Origin: Malacoraja senta
Taxonomy: Eukaryota
Assembly (NCBI GenBank): GCA_038087875.1
Contig: CM075984.1
Span: 14,942,001 to 15,006,000 of the forward strand
Direction: 5' to 3'
DNA: 64,000 nucleotides
Below the pieces are notes generated by a model. That model saw only the letters and a program-made list of their open reading frames with translations. It was not told the DNA's origin and ran no database searches. This document shows, one piece after another, positions 27,036-39,025 of this stretch. Each line of letters opens with the position of its first letter. Position 1 is the stretch's first letter. Position numbers and translations under genes: made by a program.

Positions 27036-27160
27036 TGTGAATCACTGATGAAATAACCAGATTAGCCTGGCTAAACAATTCATGTATGTTTTTTAATTAG
27101 TATAACTCTCAAAACTTCCTCAAAGACAGCTAACAATGTTAACTTTTCTTTATCAATCAG

Positions 27161-27258
27161 ATCAATGCTTCAAATTTTCTCTGTGGAAACAAAAGCTCCA
27201 ATGAATCAATTTATAGCCAGCCACCTATTCTTGAAGTACCTGAAAAGACTGCACTAAG
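27161..27258 (+). CDS. DNER: DNER internal coding exon (98 bp; about human exon 3): INASNFLCGNKSSNESIYSQPPILEVPEKTAL(R)
   Basis: Acceptor cttttctttatcaatcag, donor AG|gtaaag, phase 0 to phase 2. Aligns with human VIPDIACGNASSNSSAGGRLVSFEVPQNTSVK (CGN.SSN.S and EVP..T conserved). Its end phase matches the start of the next exon. Confidence 0.9.
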
Positions 27259-27519
27259 GTAAAGATACTTCTGTTGTTCTTATTGAATGGATTTGGCTGA
27301 TCCAATTGCACAAGTACAGTTATTATTCCGTGTCATTGTTCAACTACTTTATAGCCACCGACAGAAACTTGCTTTCTTACTCCATAAATAGCCACAGATG
27401 GTCAGCAGAAGCATGACAGGAGAACACAAACCTCCTTAAGTCTGTCTGCTGTTCATTATCATTGTCGGAGATCAGCCACCAGGCTGTATTAAACCTTTCT
27501 TGATTATCCTTTTAACAAA

Positions 27520-27790
27520 TGGGCATCACAGTGGTGCAGCAGTACAGTTGTTGCCTTGCAGCATAAGAGACTCGGGCGCGACCCTGATCTCGGGTGCTGT
27601 CTGTATGGTTTGTATGTTCTCTCTGTTTTGTCCGGGTGTTCCGGTTTCTCCCATAGTCCAAAGACGTGCAGATATGTAGGTCAATAGGCTTCTGTAAATT
27701 ATGTGTAGGATACGGGTGATTGTTGGTTGGTGTGGTCTCGGTGGGCCGAAGGGCTTGTTTGCATGCTGTATCTCTAAAAACTAAACTAAA
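27520..27790 (+). mobile_element. HE1/V-SINE-like SINE
   Basis: Head, core, tail gggccgaagggcttgtttgcatgctgtatctctaaa. Confidence 0.88.
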
Positions 27791-28129
27791 AATGGCCCAG
27801 CACAAAAAAAGGGTTCCCGATGCCTACCACCATCTGTGTGTAGAAGTGTTTCCCTAACTTCATGCCTGAAAAGTCTGGCTTTAGTTTTAATAGTTTGCCC
27901 CCATTCCTGCTTCCACCTTCAGCAGAAGTAATTTTGACCAGCTTTTCATGAAGTATTGATAGCATCAAGCAAGTCACTATATGCATGCAGTTTAAGATAC
28001 CTCACCTAATTTAACTGGTACTCCATGTATCATTCTGCTAAATCAGAGTAACATTTCCTCTAAGGCCAATAGATGCTTCGTGAGGTATTGTTCACACACG
28101 TGTTCTAAACCTGGGCTTTATATGTACAA

Positions 28130-28430
28130 TATTAGAGGGTATAGCTTTTAAGATGAGAGGGGAAAGTTTAAAGGAGATGTGAAGGATAGGTTTCTTTACA
28201 CAGAGAATGGTAGATGCCTGGAATGTGCTGCCAGGAAAAGCGGTGGAAGCAGATATGTTAGTGAGGAATAAGCAGCTTTTAGATAGGCACATGAATATGT
28301 AGGGAAGGGAGGGATATGGTTCACATGCAGGCAAAGAAAGATTAGTTTAATTTTTAATTATGCTCGGCACAGACATCGTGGGCTGAGTGGCCTGTTCCTG
28401 TGCTATACTTTTCTCTGCTCCATGTCCTAT
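28130..28430 (+). mobile_element. CR1 LINE 3' end
   Basis: FFTQRMVDAWNVLP; tail ggcctgttcctgtgctata. Confidence 0.8.
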
Positions 28431-29482
28431 AGGCTGAAGCTAGGTTTGTTTAAATATATTGGGCCAAGCTAAATCTAACCAAGTCTTACAGAATATCACA
28501 AATATTGGCATGTATCACAGAATATCACAAGCTAAAATTATTTCAGAAGTTTCTAAATCTAAGTAAACACTCTAAAGTAATATAAATCTAAGCATATAAA
28601 ATATTACAGGAAACTTCAAAAGGTTATATGATCTAACACAATAACTCTCCTTTCTGATGGTATCATCTGTGTCCAAATAAGTTCATATATGTCCACAAAT
28701 TTAATTTCTTCGTGTCCTCAATTTTGACAGAAAAGTTGTTTCAATGAGAAACTAGGCCAACAATATGCCTTCAATTCCATAAGCTTCATTTCCATCCCTA
28801 ATTGGAGGTTAATTAAATACCTTTTAGAAATCTGTGGGAGTAACATCTGTAAATTGCCCACATTTCAATAGGTCGTACACACATTTCAATTTATAATCAC
28901 AATCATCAGGCAAGATCTTGCTTTCACAATTCCATGTTCACACACTGAGCTACTGACAATTGTCAAAGCCAGCTTACAGTCTTACTTTTGGATCTCAATC
29001 TTTTCTTGCCAACAAATGTAGGCTAAATATTCTATAATTCCTTCATTCTTCCTTTATACTTCTTCCTAAAGTGACATAAACTGTCTTCCCAATTGAAAGT
29101 AGAATTATTGAATCATGCATACTTTAAAAGTTTATAATATGCATGGTATCTGCAATGTTCTTTGAATAACTGGGATCCAAATCATTTGGCCTCAGGGATT
29201 TGTCAGTCTTCGGTGCCAATATTTTCTTTATTACTTTCATTTAATTTATTTTGATTTTGGCAAGTCTTGCCTCTGGTTCAATATTAGTTTCCTTTGATGC
29301 CTTTCTTATAACTATGGTTCTCTCCTCCTCCTCTAATGTAAATATTGACACAACATAATCATTCATCAATTCTGCCATTGCCTAATTATATCATCACAGC
29401 TATCGATATCTAAGAACCACACATTAGTCTGACCTCTTTTTTATGTAGGAAGGAATTGCAGGCGCCGGTTTAAACTGAAGAT

Positions 29483-29660
29483 AGACACAAAATGCTGGAG
29501 TAACAGCGGGACAGGCAGCATCTCTGGAGAGAAGGAATGGGTGACGTTTCAGGTCGAGACCTTAAACGGCTGAAGAAGGGTCTCGACCTGAAACGTCACC
29601 CATTCCTTCTCTCCAGAGATGCTGCCTGTCCCACTGAGATTCTCCAGCATTTTGTGTCTA
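29483..29660. mobile_element. Palindromic (head-to-head) Penelope pseudo-LTR pair with a hammerhead-like core
   Basis: agacacaaaatgctggag…gggtgacgtttcaggtcgagacctt / aagggtctcgacctgaaacgtcaccc…ctccagcattttgtgtct; arms of about 80 bp. Confidence 0.85.
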
Positions 29661-29821
29661 CCTCTTTTTTATATTGTAATTGTAAAAATTACATGATGCA
29701 AGATTTTTTTCAGGTTCGTTTCTGTTGTTGTTATTTTCTGTTTTGTTTTTTCTTTTGGCTCTTTATTTCTTTCCTAGGTGCCAGAATCTGCAGTAGATTT
29801 TGCCATTTTGTATGATTTTAC

Positions 29822-31215
29822 TCATGTTTTTCAATGTTCTATAGATTCAGGATCAGTTCCTGTGGATTGGAGGGTAGCTAATGTTATCCCACTTTAAAAA
29901 AAAGGCGGGAAAGAGAAAACAGGGAATTATAGACCAGTTAGCCTGACGTTGGTGGTGGGGAAGATGCTGGAGTCAATTATAAAAGATGAAATAGCGGCAC
30001 ATTTGGATAGCAGTAACAGGATCGGTCCGAGTCAGCGTGGATTTACGAAGGGGAAATCATGCTTGACTAATCTTCTGGAATTTTTTGAGGATGTAACTAA
30101 GAAAATGGACAAGGGAGAGCCAGTGGATGTAATGTACCTGGACTTTCAGAAAGTGTTTGATAAGGTCCCACATAGGAAACTATTGGGCAAAATTAGGGCA
30201 CATGGTATTGGGGGTAGAGTGCTGACATGGATAGAAAATTGGTTGGCAGACAGGAAACAAAGAGTAGGGATTAACGGGTCCCTTTCAGAATGGCAGGCAG
30301 TGACTAGTGGGGTACCGCAAGGCTCGTTGCTGGGACCGCAGCTATTTACAATATACATCAATGATTTAGATGAAGGGATTCAAAACTAACATTAGCAAAT
30401 TTGTAGATGACACAAAGCTGGGTGGCAGTGTGAACTGTGAGGAGGATGCTATGAGAATGCAGGGTGACTTGGACTGGTTGGGTGAGTGGGCAGATGCATG
30501 GCAGGTGCAGTTTAATGTGGATAAATGTTAGGTTATCCACTTTGGTAGCAAAAACAGGAAGGCAGACTACTATCTAAATGGTGTCAAGTTGGGAAAAGGG
30601 GACGTACAACGGGATCTGGGGGTCCTTGTTCATTAGTCAATGAAAGTAAGCATGCAGGTACAGCAGGCAGTGAAGAAAGCGAATGGCATGTTGGCCTGTA
30701 TAACAAGAGGAGTTGAGTATAGGAGCAAAGAGGTCCTTCTGCATTTGTACAGGGCCCTATACAAATTGTACAGGGCCCTATACGAGACTGTCATATGCTG
30801 AGAGAATGGAGCGGCTGGGCTTGTATACTCTGGATTTTAGAAGGATGAGAGGGAATCTTATTGAAACATATAAGATTATTAAGGGTTTGGACACGCTAGA
30901 GGCAGGAAACATGTTCCTGATGTTGGGGGAGTCCAGAACCAGGGGCTGCAGTTTAAGAATAAGAGGTAAGCCATTTAGAACGGAGATGACGAAACACTTT
31001 TTCTCACAGAGTTGTGTCTGTGGAATTCTCTGCCTCAGAGGGCGGTGGAGGCCGGTTCTCTGGATACTTTCAAGAGAGAGCTAGATAGGGCTCTTAAAGA
31101 TAGCGGAGTCAGGGGATATGGGGAGAAGGCAGGAACGGGGTACTGATTGGGGATGATCAGCCATGATCACATTGAATGGCGAATGGCCTACTCCTGCACA
31201 TATTGTCTATTGTTT
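29822..31215 (+). mobile_element. CR1 LINE RT and 3' end, 5'-truncated, with an internal deletion at about 30780
   Basis: NYRPVSL…[13 protein letters not shown]…[13 protein letters not shown]…[10 protein letters not shown]…; CR1 tail. Confidence 0.95.
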
Positions 31216-31989
31216 TTATTTTATCTCTGATTTACTTCTTAACTCGCACTAAAGTTGAATTTCAACAGCCCTACTCCCAAGTAGTTTCTTCTATTATATT
31301 TGTGCATCTACCATCAGTAGGCAAATGTGTGGGGAATTTCTTATGTAGGTCAAATCATTCACGATCTGTATGGCCACTAAGCCTCATTGGAAGCAATGCA
31401 TTTGTCAGCGCTCAGCAGTGCAGTATTATTCTACTTCATTGAGGAGCATTCTTGCTATTTCAAGAAAGGCCAGATAAGAAGATATGAAGTTGAAGCAAAG
31501 TAGGCTATTCAGATCCTCCCATATACGCTACCAATCCCAAGATGTTGCTGATCTTTTACCTTTGATCCTACATTAACCCTGTCCCTTATTTCCCTTAGTA
31601 TCTTCTGATCTATGTATCACCGCCTTGAATAAACTTGGCAACGTTATCTCCGTTGACCTCTAATGAGCCCCAGAGTTCACTACTTCTTGGGTGAAGAAAT
31701 TTCTACTCATCTCTGTCCCGAATGGCCAAATCCATATTTTGAGACACTGACCCCTTGTTGTAGAAAAAGCAGCCAGAGAAAACAATCATACCTCAATCCA
31801 CCAAATCCCATGAAGATTTTTGTATACTTCAGTGTGATCAAGTATTATTCTTCAAACATCAAGACATTAAATATCATCTGCCTAATTCTCTCCTGATATG
31901 ACAAACCTGCATCTCAGGGCAATCTTGGTAAACTTTTGTTGAAGTCCTTTAGTGTTGCTTTAGGTGGGAAAGCAGACTTGGAGCCCACA

Positions 31990-32520
31990 GTTCAAGTTCG
32001 TTCAAGTTTGCGTTTATTGTCACTTAACCAACTAAGGTACATTGAAATTTGAGTTACCATACAGCCATACTAAGTGAAAGGACACAATACACATATAAAA
32101 TAAATTTAACATAAACATCCACCACAGTGGAATCAACATTCCTCACTGTGATGGAAGGCAATAAAGTTCAGTCATCTTCCTCTTTGTTCACCCGTGGTCG
32201 GGGCATTTGCCATTGCCGACGGTCCGGTGTCCAAGCCCTCTCGACAGGATGAACGAAACTCCGGCGTCGGAACGGATTGAAACACTCCCGAGCTCCCGAG
32301 TCGGCCACTTCTTTCCGGAGACCGCAGGCTACACGGTGTTAAAGTCCACAGGCCCCGCGGTTGGAGCTCTTCTTCTGGCGATCCTCGGCAAAGGATCCCC
32401 GGCTCCGCGATGGTAAGTCAGCGCCCCGTCTGCAGTTTGAAGCTCCGGGCTGGTCTCCAGGAAAGGCCGCACCTCTCCACGTTGTTAGGCCGCAAAGGAC
32501 ACACAGACAAAGGACACACA
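31990..32520 (-). mobile_element. GC-rich non-autonomous retroposon family, 3' half
   Basis: Reverse complement resembles 58500-58870 and 50830-50983, including the tgacaataaa tail. Confidence 0.75.
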
Positions 32521-32863
32521 GACATTTCAGATGGTATCTCCTCATGCTACTGTATAATGAAACCAGTATACCATCACTTCATTCCTACCCAAGCTCTCCT
32601 ACAATAAAATTTAACTCAATATGATTTTGTGAGTAGCATCAATTCCCATGAGGACTGGCGGAGGGATTTAGTACATGGTACCCCAAGCTAGTTTTCAAGT
32701 GGGTTAAGTTTTCACAATCGTTTCAAAGGTGAAGCAGAACGCTCTGTGAAATGGGAGCTGCATTTCTTTATAAAGCTCAAAGTAACAGCCATTGAAATCA
32801 ATTCTTCGATCAAGCATTTGCCATTAGCTGAATCCGTTTACAATCCAACTTTTTTTCTTCTAG

Positions 32864-33029
32864 ATTCAAACTGAATGGAATCGATGCTTCTGTTGGATTT
32901 TGGGAGGTTACAGAAGCTGAATTCCAACAGTGCTCTGTTTCAAATGGGAAGAGTATCTCGCTGTTGCACACTGTGGATGGATTTGTTCTTCTGGAGAGAT
33001 GGCATCAATGGGCAGCAACTACTTTATTG
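32864..33029 (+). CDS. DNER: DNER internal coding exon (166 bp as assembled; about human exon 4) with a 1-nt frameshift near 32996: FKLNGIDASVGFWEVTEAEFQQCSVSNGKSISLLHTVDGFVLLE[fs]MASMGSNYFI
   Basis: Acceptor ttttttcttctag, donor G|gtaaga. Aligns with human IRQDATASLILLWKVTATGFQQCSLIDGRSVTPLQASGGLVLLEEMLALGNNHFI. Homology switches frame at ctg gag ag atg. Confidence 0.93.
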
Positions 33030-33304
33030 GTAAGATGTTTTGACCCTGGTCTACGTTCCATCTCTTTCTTTTGTTAAATGAGAGTGCTTACATGCAAGTG
33101 TCTCAATAGGAGATTGCAATTTAAGCTTTATTAAGCCTACAATGTAAAACGCATAAGCTAATAGGTGTCCAAGTTTGGTGAAAGTTTCATTTTGTACTCT
33201 GGTTCATTTAATGAAGACAAATTAAAATTGGCTAAGATTAATTCTTTGATGTTCCGTTGTTTTTAATGACCCTCGATAGTAGTTACTCCTCTGCTATTTT
33301 CTTG

Positions 33305-33505
33305 CCACACAGTGATGCAGCATGTGGAGCTGCTACCTCACAGCACCAGAGACCCAGGTTTGATCCTGACCTCGGGTGCTGTCTGTGAGGAGTTTGCACA
33401 TTCTCCTGTGACCATCTGGGTTTCCTCCGGGTGCTCCAGTTTGCTCCCACATCCCAAGGATGGTTCGGTATGGGCCGAAGGGCCTGTTTTCATGCTATAT
33501 TTCTA
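33305..33505 (+). mobile_element. Internally deleted HE1/V-SINE-like SINE
   Basis: Head, core and tail with a middle deletion. Confidence 0.8.
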
Positions 33506-33654
33506 AAAAATATAACATTTGAGTCCTCAATAGGTTTCCCAATGGGAATACCTAGAATGTGGTCATTCTTGGGAGAGGAAGAGCATGTGAACCAGACCAG
33601 TGGACAAGAGATGTTCTGTGTCCAGTGATAGTACACTCACACCAAGGGTCAGAC

Positions 33655-34068
33655 TCCACTTCCTATTCCAAAACTGACCTTTCTGTCCTGGGCCTCCTCC
33701 ACTGTCAGAGTGAGGTCACACACAAATTGGAGGAACAGCACCCCATATTTTGCTTGGGCAGCTCACAACCCAGCAGTATGAATATTGATTTCTCTAATAT
33801 CAGGTAACCCTTGCATTCTCTCGCCCACCCTAGTCATCCTGCTAGTTTCACTGTTCGTATCTTTGCTATCACTTCCACCACAGCCAACAATGGACCATTG
33901 TAGGCTCTTTGGCTATCATTGGCCCTATTTGTTCTGCACCTTCTCATACCTTTAGTTTCCCTCTCCCCTGACTCACAGTCTCAAGAAGGGTCTCGACCCG
34001 AAATGTCACCTATTCCTTATCTCCAGAGATGTTGCCTGACCCGCTGAGTTACTCCAGCATTTTGTCTC
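33655..34068 (+). mobile_element. Penelope-like element 3' end (GIY-YIG endonuclease C-terminus, 3' UTR, pseudo-LTR with a mutated hammerhead core)
   Basis: TDLSVLGLLHCQSEVTHKLEEQHPIFCLGSSQPSSMNIDFSNIR*; then cagtctcaagaagggtctcgacccgaaatgtcacc. Confidence 0.88.
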
Positions 34069-34124
34069 AGTTCAGAGAATGGTGCCTGTGGCCAACTTTG
34101 AAACCAGGATTATGTATAAAGGAG

Positions 34125-35110
34125 ATTTTCATCTTTGCAGTGCCTTTCCTCACCCTGTATAACCTAACACGCCTGACAGCAATTAAAGCATCTTTGAAAC
34201 ATAGTCACTGATGTAGTACAGGAGACACAGCAGCCAATTTGTGTAGCAAGATCCCCTCTCCCCTCTCCCAGCAGACAAGATATACAGAAGTTTGAAAATG
34301 CACACATTATTTTAGACTTTACATTTAAAATAACGTAACGTTTAATGATAGAGCACGGAAACAAGCCCATCGGCCCACCAAATCTGCGCCAATCAACGAT
34401 TTCCCATACGCTAGCACTATCCTAAACATTAGGAACAATTTACAATTTTACCAAAGCCAATTAACCAACAAACCTGTACATCTTTGTAGTGCGGGGAAGA
34501 CCCGGAGAAAACCCACGTGGTCACAAGGAGAACGTATATGCATAACTCCAGATGCAGGGACAGTTTATTCCCAGGTGTTATCAGGCAACAGAACTGTCCT
34601 CTCACCAACTAGAGAGCTCTCCTGACCTCCCATTTAACTCATTGAGACCCTCCATGTCACTTTAGAGATACAGCACGGAAACAGGCCCTTCAACCCACTG
34701 AGTGGGCGCCGAGCAACGATCACATTAGCTCTATGCTACACACTAGGGACAATTTACAGAAGCCAATTAACCTACAAACCTGTACGTCTTTGGAGTGTGG
34801 GAGGAAACCGGAGCTCATGGAGAAAACCCACGTGGTCACGGGGAGAACGTACAAACTCCATACAGACAGCACCCATAGCCAGAATCGAACCCATGTCTCT
34901 GGCACTGTAAGGCAGCAACTCTACCGCTGCCCAACTAAACTAATTTCATGATTCTATAATCTGAAACACGGCATCTGTGACAAGAGAGCAAACACCGCTG
35001 AACAACATCGAATCAATCTGGATATTGTGCTCAAATCTTCAGAGCGATATTTAAAGCACACAATCTTTCATCTCAGAGATGGAAGTAAGCAATGTCAACG
35101 AGGTATGGCT
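34125..35110 (-). mobile_element. Ancient DeuSINE interrupted by two younger SINEs (about 34335-34535 and 34661-34935) and a Rex-type fragment
   Basis: Deu 3' part (gcagccaatttgtgtagcaagatccc) at 34230 and 5' part (ctggatattgtgctcaaatc) at 35020 flank the younger insertions. Confidence 0.65.
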
Positions 35111-35859
35111 ACCTCCAGATATAGTTCTTTCCAGTTTGCAGAGTGTGGAATAATTGTATTCTGTTGCAAGGCCATGTTTTAAACATTTTTTTTAAATAAC
35201 CACATTAATTAGTTTTAGAAATGTAATTTTCCTATCCCCAGCACAATACTGTAATTAGGCCATTGCCCAGGGATTATCTTCCCAGGACTATGATTGGCAT
35301 TTAAAAAGGAACAGCTATTTTTGCTCCACTAAATTGCAGCAAAAGATTTATTAAAGGGAGAGCTAAATAGCCTCAATTTTTAATCTTTAAAATAGATATT
35401 CAGATCTGCTGAATATTCTGAACTGCAGCATTCATTTTAATATTGTTGATTTTATAAACGTTATTGCTTGTGGAAAAGTTAGTCATTCTGTTTCAAAGAA
35501 TTGAAATTTGATGCATATAAAAGAGTTTAAACGAGAGACCATGCACACGCTGTGACTGCATCAAGATAATTAATTCCCATCAAGAATTCTCTGCCAGTGA
35601 TCCTGTGTTAGCAAACTGCAATCATCTTGTGAAAGATAATTGTTCTAAGATAATCTTCAAAGTGTTCTTCTTAAAGATATTGTGAATTTTGAACGTTATA
35701 GTGTGTATGCTCTATAACTTAAAACTAATGAAAACTGTCTTTGCCCAGTAAGAGTACTGTGTTAAAATCAGAGCTTATGTTTGGTATATGAAGAAGAATA
35801 TTATGAAGAGGTTAAGTCAAATCTCAATGAAGTTGAGATGAATGAAAGTTGGTCATTGA

Positions 35860-36760
35860 GTCACCAAAACAAGTCTTTCAACCCAACTCATCCTTGCCGA
35901 TAAAGTTGCCCACCTGAGCAACTTGTCTGCATTTGCTCCATAATCCTTTCAACGTTTTCTGTCCATGTATCTGTCCAAATATCATAAATGATGTAATTGT
36001 ACCCATCTCAACCACTTTCTCTGGCTGCTCATTCCACACACCCACCACCCTCTGTGTGGAAAACAAGACTAAAATAAACTAAGTTGCCCCTCATGTTCCC
36101 TTTAAATCGTTACCTTCTCATGTTAAATCTATGCCCTCTAGTTTTAGACTGCCCTACCCTGGGGGAAAAAACCTTGACAAGGTACATGATGCCACTTGTG
36201 ATTTTATATACTCTATAAACTTACCGCTCAGCCTCCTTTTCCCCCGGAGAAAAATCCACGGATTATGCAGCCTCTCCTTATAACGCATGCCCTCCAGTCC
36301 AGGAAACCTCCCACACACACACACCCCCCTCCCCCATACCCCCCCACCCCCACAACCCCACAGTCCAGGAAACATTCTCATGAATCTTTTCTGATCTTTT
36401 CAACTTAATAACATCCTTCCTATAGTTAGGTGACCAGAACTACATACAATACTACAAGTGTGGTCTCACCAACTTCTTGTACAGTTGTAACCTGACATCC
36501 CAACCTGTCCACTCAGTGCCCTGACTGAGGAAGGCAAGCATGATAAATGTCTTCTACACCTTGCTGTCTCCCTGTGTCACCATTTTTAGGGAACTGTGTA
36601 CTTGCACACCTACGTCTCTCTGTCCTGCAACACTCTCCGGGAGTTTAGCGTGTAAGTCCTGCCCTAGTTTAATTTACCAAAATGGAACACTTCGCACTTG
36701 CCCGAGTTAAACTCCATTGTTCATTTTTCCAGTCAATCTAGGGCCTGTTGTAATCTTAGA
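35860..36760 (-). mobile_element. Old CR1 LINE 3' portion
   Basis: FSTQRVVGVWNEQPEKVVE; antisense LVRPHL.YYV.FWSP motif near 36440. Confidence 0.8.
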
Positions 36761-36924
36761 CAACCAATTTAGGACTTTAACTTGTAGACCAGTCATATTT
36801 TTTCCATAGTCATTTTAAAACTAAAATAATTATTGTCGCTGGTCTCAAAGTATACCGCCACTGACACGTAATTCTCTTGCCCTGCTTCTTATACAGCTAT
36901 TTATATATTCCTTGAGAAAACTTT

Positions 36925-37170
36925 CCCACACACACACCCCGCCCCACACACACACCCTCCCCCACACACCTCCCCCACAGCCACCCTCCCCACAACCCCC
37001 CCTCCCCCACCCTCCACCCCCCCTCCCCCACCCTCCCCCACCCCCTCCCCTACACCCCCTTCCCCCACCACCACCTTACCATACGCCCCATCCCCCACAA
37101 ACCCCCTCCCCCACAACCCCTCCCCCACACACACCCTCCCCCACACACACCCTCCCCGACACCCCCCATC
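36925..37170. repeat. C/A-rich low-complexity tract (G-quadruplex-prone on the minus strand)
   Basis: Repeated cacacaccctcccc-type units. Confidence 0.9.
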
Positions 37171-37407
37171 CAATTAAGATCGATTTTTTGCCCAAGGGTA
37201 GGTTAAGGTTTATGAAGAATAGACAAGAACATGGATTTGAGGCCCAGTTCGGAAAAGCCATGGTCGTTCTGAACTGTGAAGCAGGCTTGCAGGGACATGT
37301 TTGGGACTGCTCATGTACCTATGGCTTATATTCCTTTGAGAGGATGCATTAGTTTAGAGATAGTGACAACAGGGAGAATCCCCGTCCAGGAGCTCTTAAG
37401 GTGGATG

Positions 37408-37700
37408 CACAGTGGCACAGTGGTAGAGCTGCTGCCTTACACAGTGCCAGAGACCTGGATTCGATCCTGCCTACAGGTGCTTGTCTGTACGGAGTTTGTC
37501 CGTTCTCCCCGTGACCTGCGTGGGTTTTCTCTGTTTCCTCCCACGCTCCAAAGACGTACAGGTTTGTAGGTTAATTGGCTTGGTAAAATTATAAATTGTC
37601 CCTAGTGGGTGTAGGATAGTGTTAGTGTGCGGGGATCGCTAGTTGGCACGGACTCAGTGGGGCAAAGAATCTGTTACCGCACTGTATCTCTAAATTAAAC
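37408..37700 (+). mobile_element. HE1/V-SINE-like SINE
   Basis: Head, core, tail. Confidence 0.88.
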
Positions 37701-38088
37701 ATTAATAAAGTGTAAAACTCAGTCAGATAGCACAGAGACATAGATACCTTGAGATTAAAACGTGATTAAAAATAAACTTTTATTTGCGACCATGCTGATC
37801 AATCTGACGCGTACTCTATGATTTGAGTTGTATGAAAGCCCAATGCAGGAGCCAATGGTACAGATCAAAATGGATACTGGAGAAAGTTCACATCTGATAC
37901 CTTGTGTAAAATGTCCTAAATAACCATGCAATCCTGCATCATTTAGGGGAATTACATGTGAAAAATTATGACCACTCCAAGGCATTGTTAAATGAAAACT
38001 GTAAGACAGTATTAAGAATGCAATAAGAATATATAACAGATAATTGCAGAGATGTCTAGTATTACTACCATCCTATGAGAAGTACTAA

Positions 38089-38504
38089 AGGGCCTGTACC
38101 ACGAGCATGCGACTGCATGCGGCGAGCGCGACCAAACCGGAAGCGGGGGCCGCGCGGAGGTCGAGTGAGTGATGTGAAGTTCGAGCGAAGTCCGCGCGTG
38201 ACGTACGGCGTCAAGACGCTACGTACGGCGTCGAGACGCTGCATACGGCGTCGAGACACTGCGCACGCCCGTCGAGGCGGTGCGTACGCCGTTGAGGCGG
38301 CTGCGGGCCGGCAGGCCGTTGCCGCGCGGAATTTTTGAACACTGTCAGTTTTTCGGAGCCCCGCGCGATGTCGGGACCAGCTCCACACAACTCCATAGGG
38401 CTCCGGCGATCGAAGTGGGACCGGCCCCGCGAGGCCGTACGGCTCAAGCGACCACGTTAGGTCACGCTTGCCGCATGCAGTCGCATGCTCGTGGGACAGG
38501 CCCT
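38089..38504. mobile_element. PIF/Harbinger-type MITE, CpG-rich and young, with TIRs of about 45 bp
   Basis: agggcctgtaccacgagcatgcgactgcatgcggc / gccgcatgcagtcgcatgctcgtgggacaggccct; TAA duplication at 38086-38088 and 38505-38507. Confidence 0.93.
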
Positions 38505-38699
38505 TAAGAGACCAAGGGGCAATTGGATTTTACCAACTGTTTTTAACAGAATTAAAATTTTCATTCATTATGAAATCTGTGACGTATAGATATGTAAATA
38601 AATACAACCAAAAATGTTGTCCCTGATGTTTATTTGGTCAAAAACAAGATTACAGAACGACCTGGCAATTTTGCTTGCTGTAGGCCATTCAGTTAATTG

Positions 38700-38797
38700 G
38701 AGGTACACAAAAATGCTGGAGAAACTCAGCGGGTGCAGCAGCATCTATGGAGCGAAGGAAATAGGCAACGTTTCGGGCCGAAACCCTTCTTCAGACT
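38700..38797 (-). ncRNA. Penelope pseudo-LTR fragment with the best-preserved minimal hammerhead ribozyme core (38763-38797)
   Basis: Minus strand reads AGU CUGAAGA A GGGUU UC GGCCC GAAA CGUU GCCU. Confidence 0.65.
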
Positions 38798-39025
38798 CCA
38801 GTTAATTGGACATTATTTCCCAATTAAAGAACTAAAAAGCTTGCATTTATGTAGAACTCAAAACTCAGAATGTCACTTAGTTCTTCCCAGCCAATTAAAC
38901 ACTTCTACAGAATGGTCATTTCTGTAAGAAAACATGTCCATAAATTTGCATGAGGCAATGACTTGATAATCTATTTAGGGATACTGGTGGAAGCATAATT
39001 ATTAAAAGATAGTATTACCAACAGG

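Noticed and set aside
32864-33029. EYS as the identity of the gene
   Set aside because: Motifs resemble EYS, but FQQCS, VLLEEM, VNDS.TK and CSG.G.C.TKPSE, together with the exon layout, match DNER much better.
36901-37352. Pro/His-rich and Gly-rich ORFs (also 48573-49259)
   Set aside because: Translations of C-rich low-complexity tracts.
38065-38507. Overlapping Arg-rich ORFs (similar ones at 44810-45244, 50296-50962, 54408-54929, 58158-58781)
   Set aside because: Stop-poor GC-rich MITE or retroposon interiors; no transposase or RT motifs.
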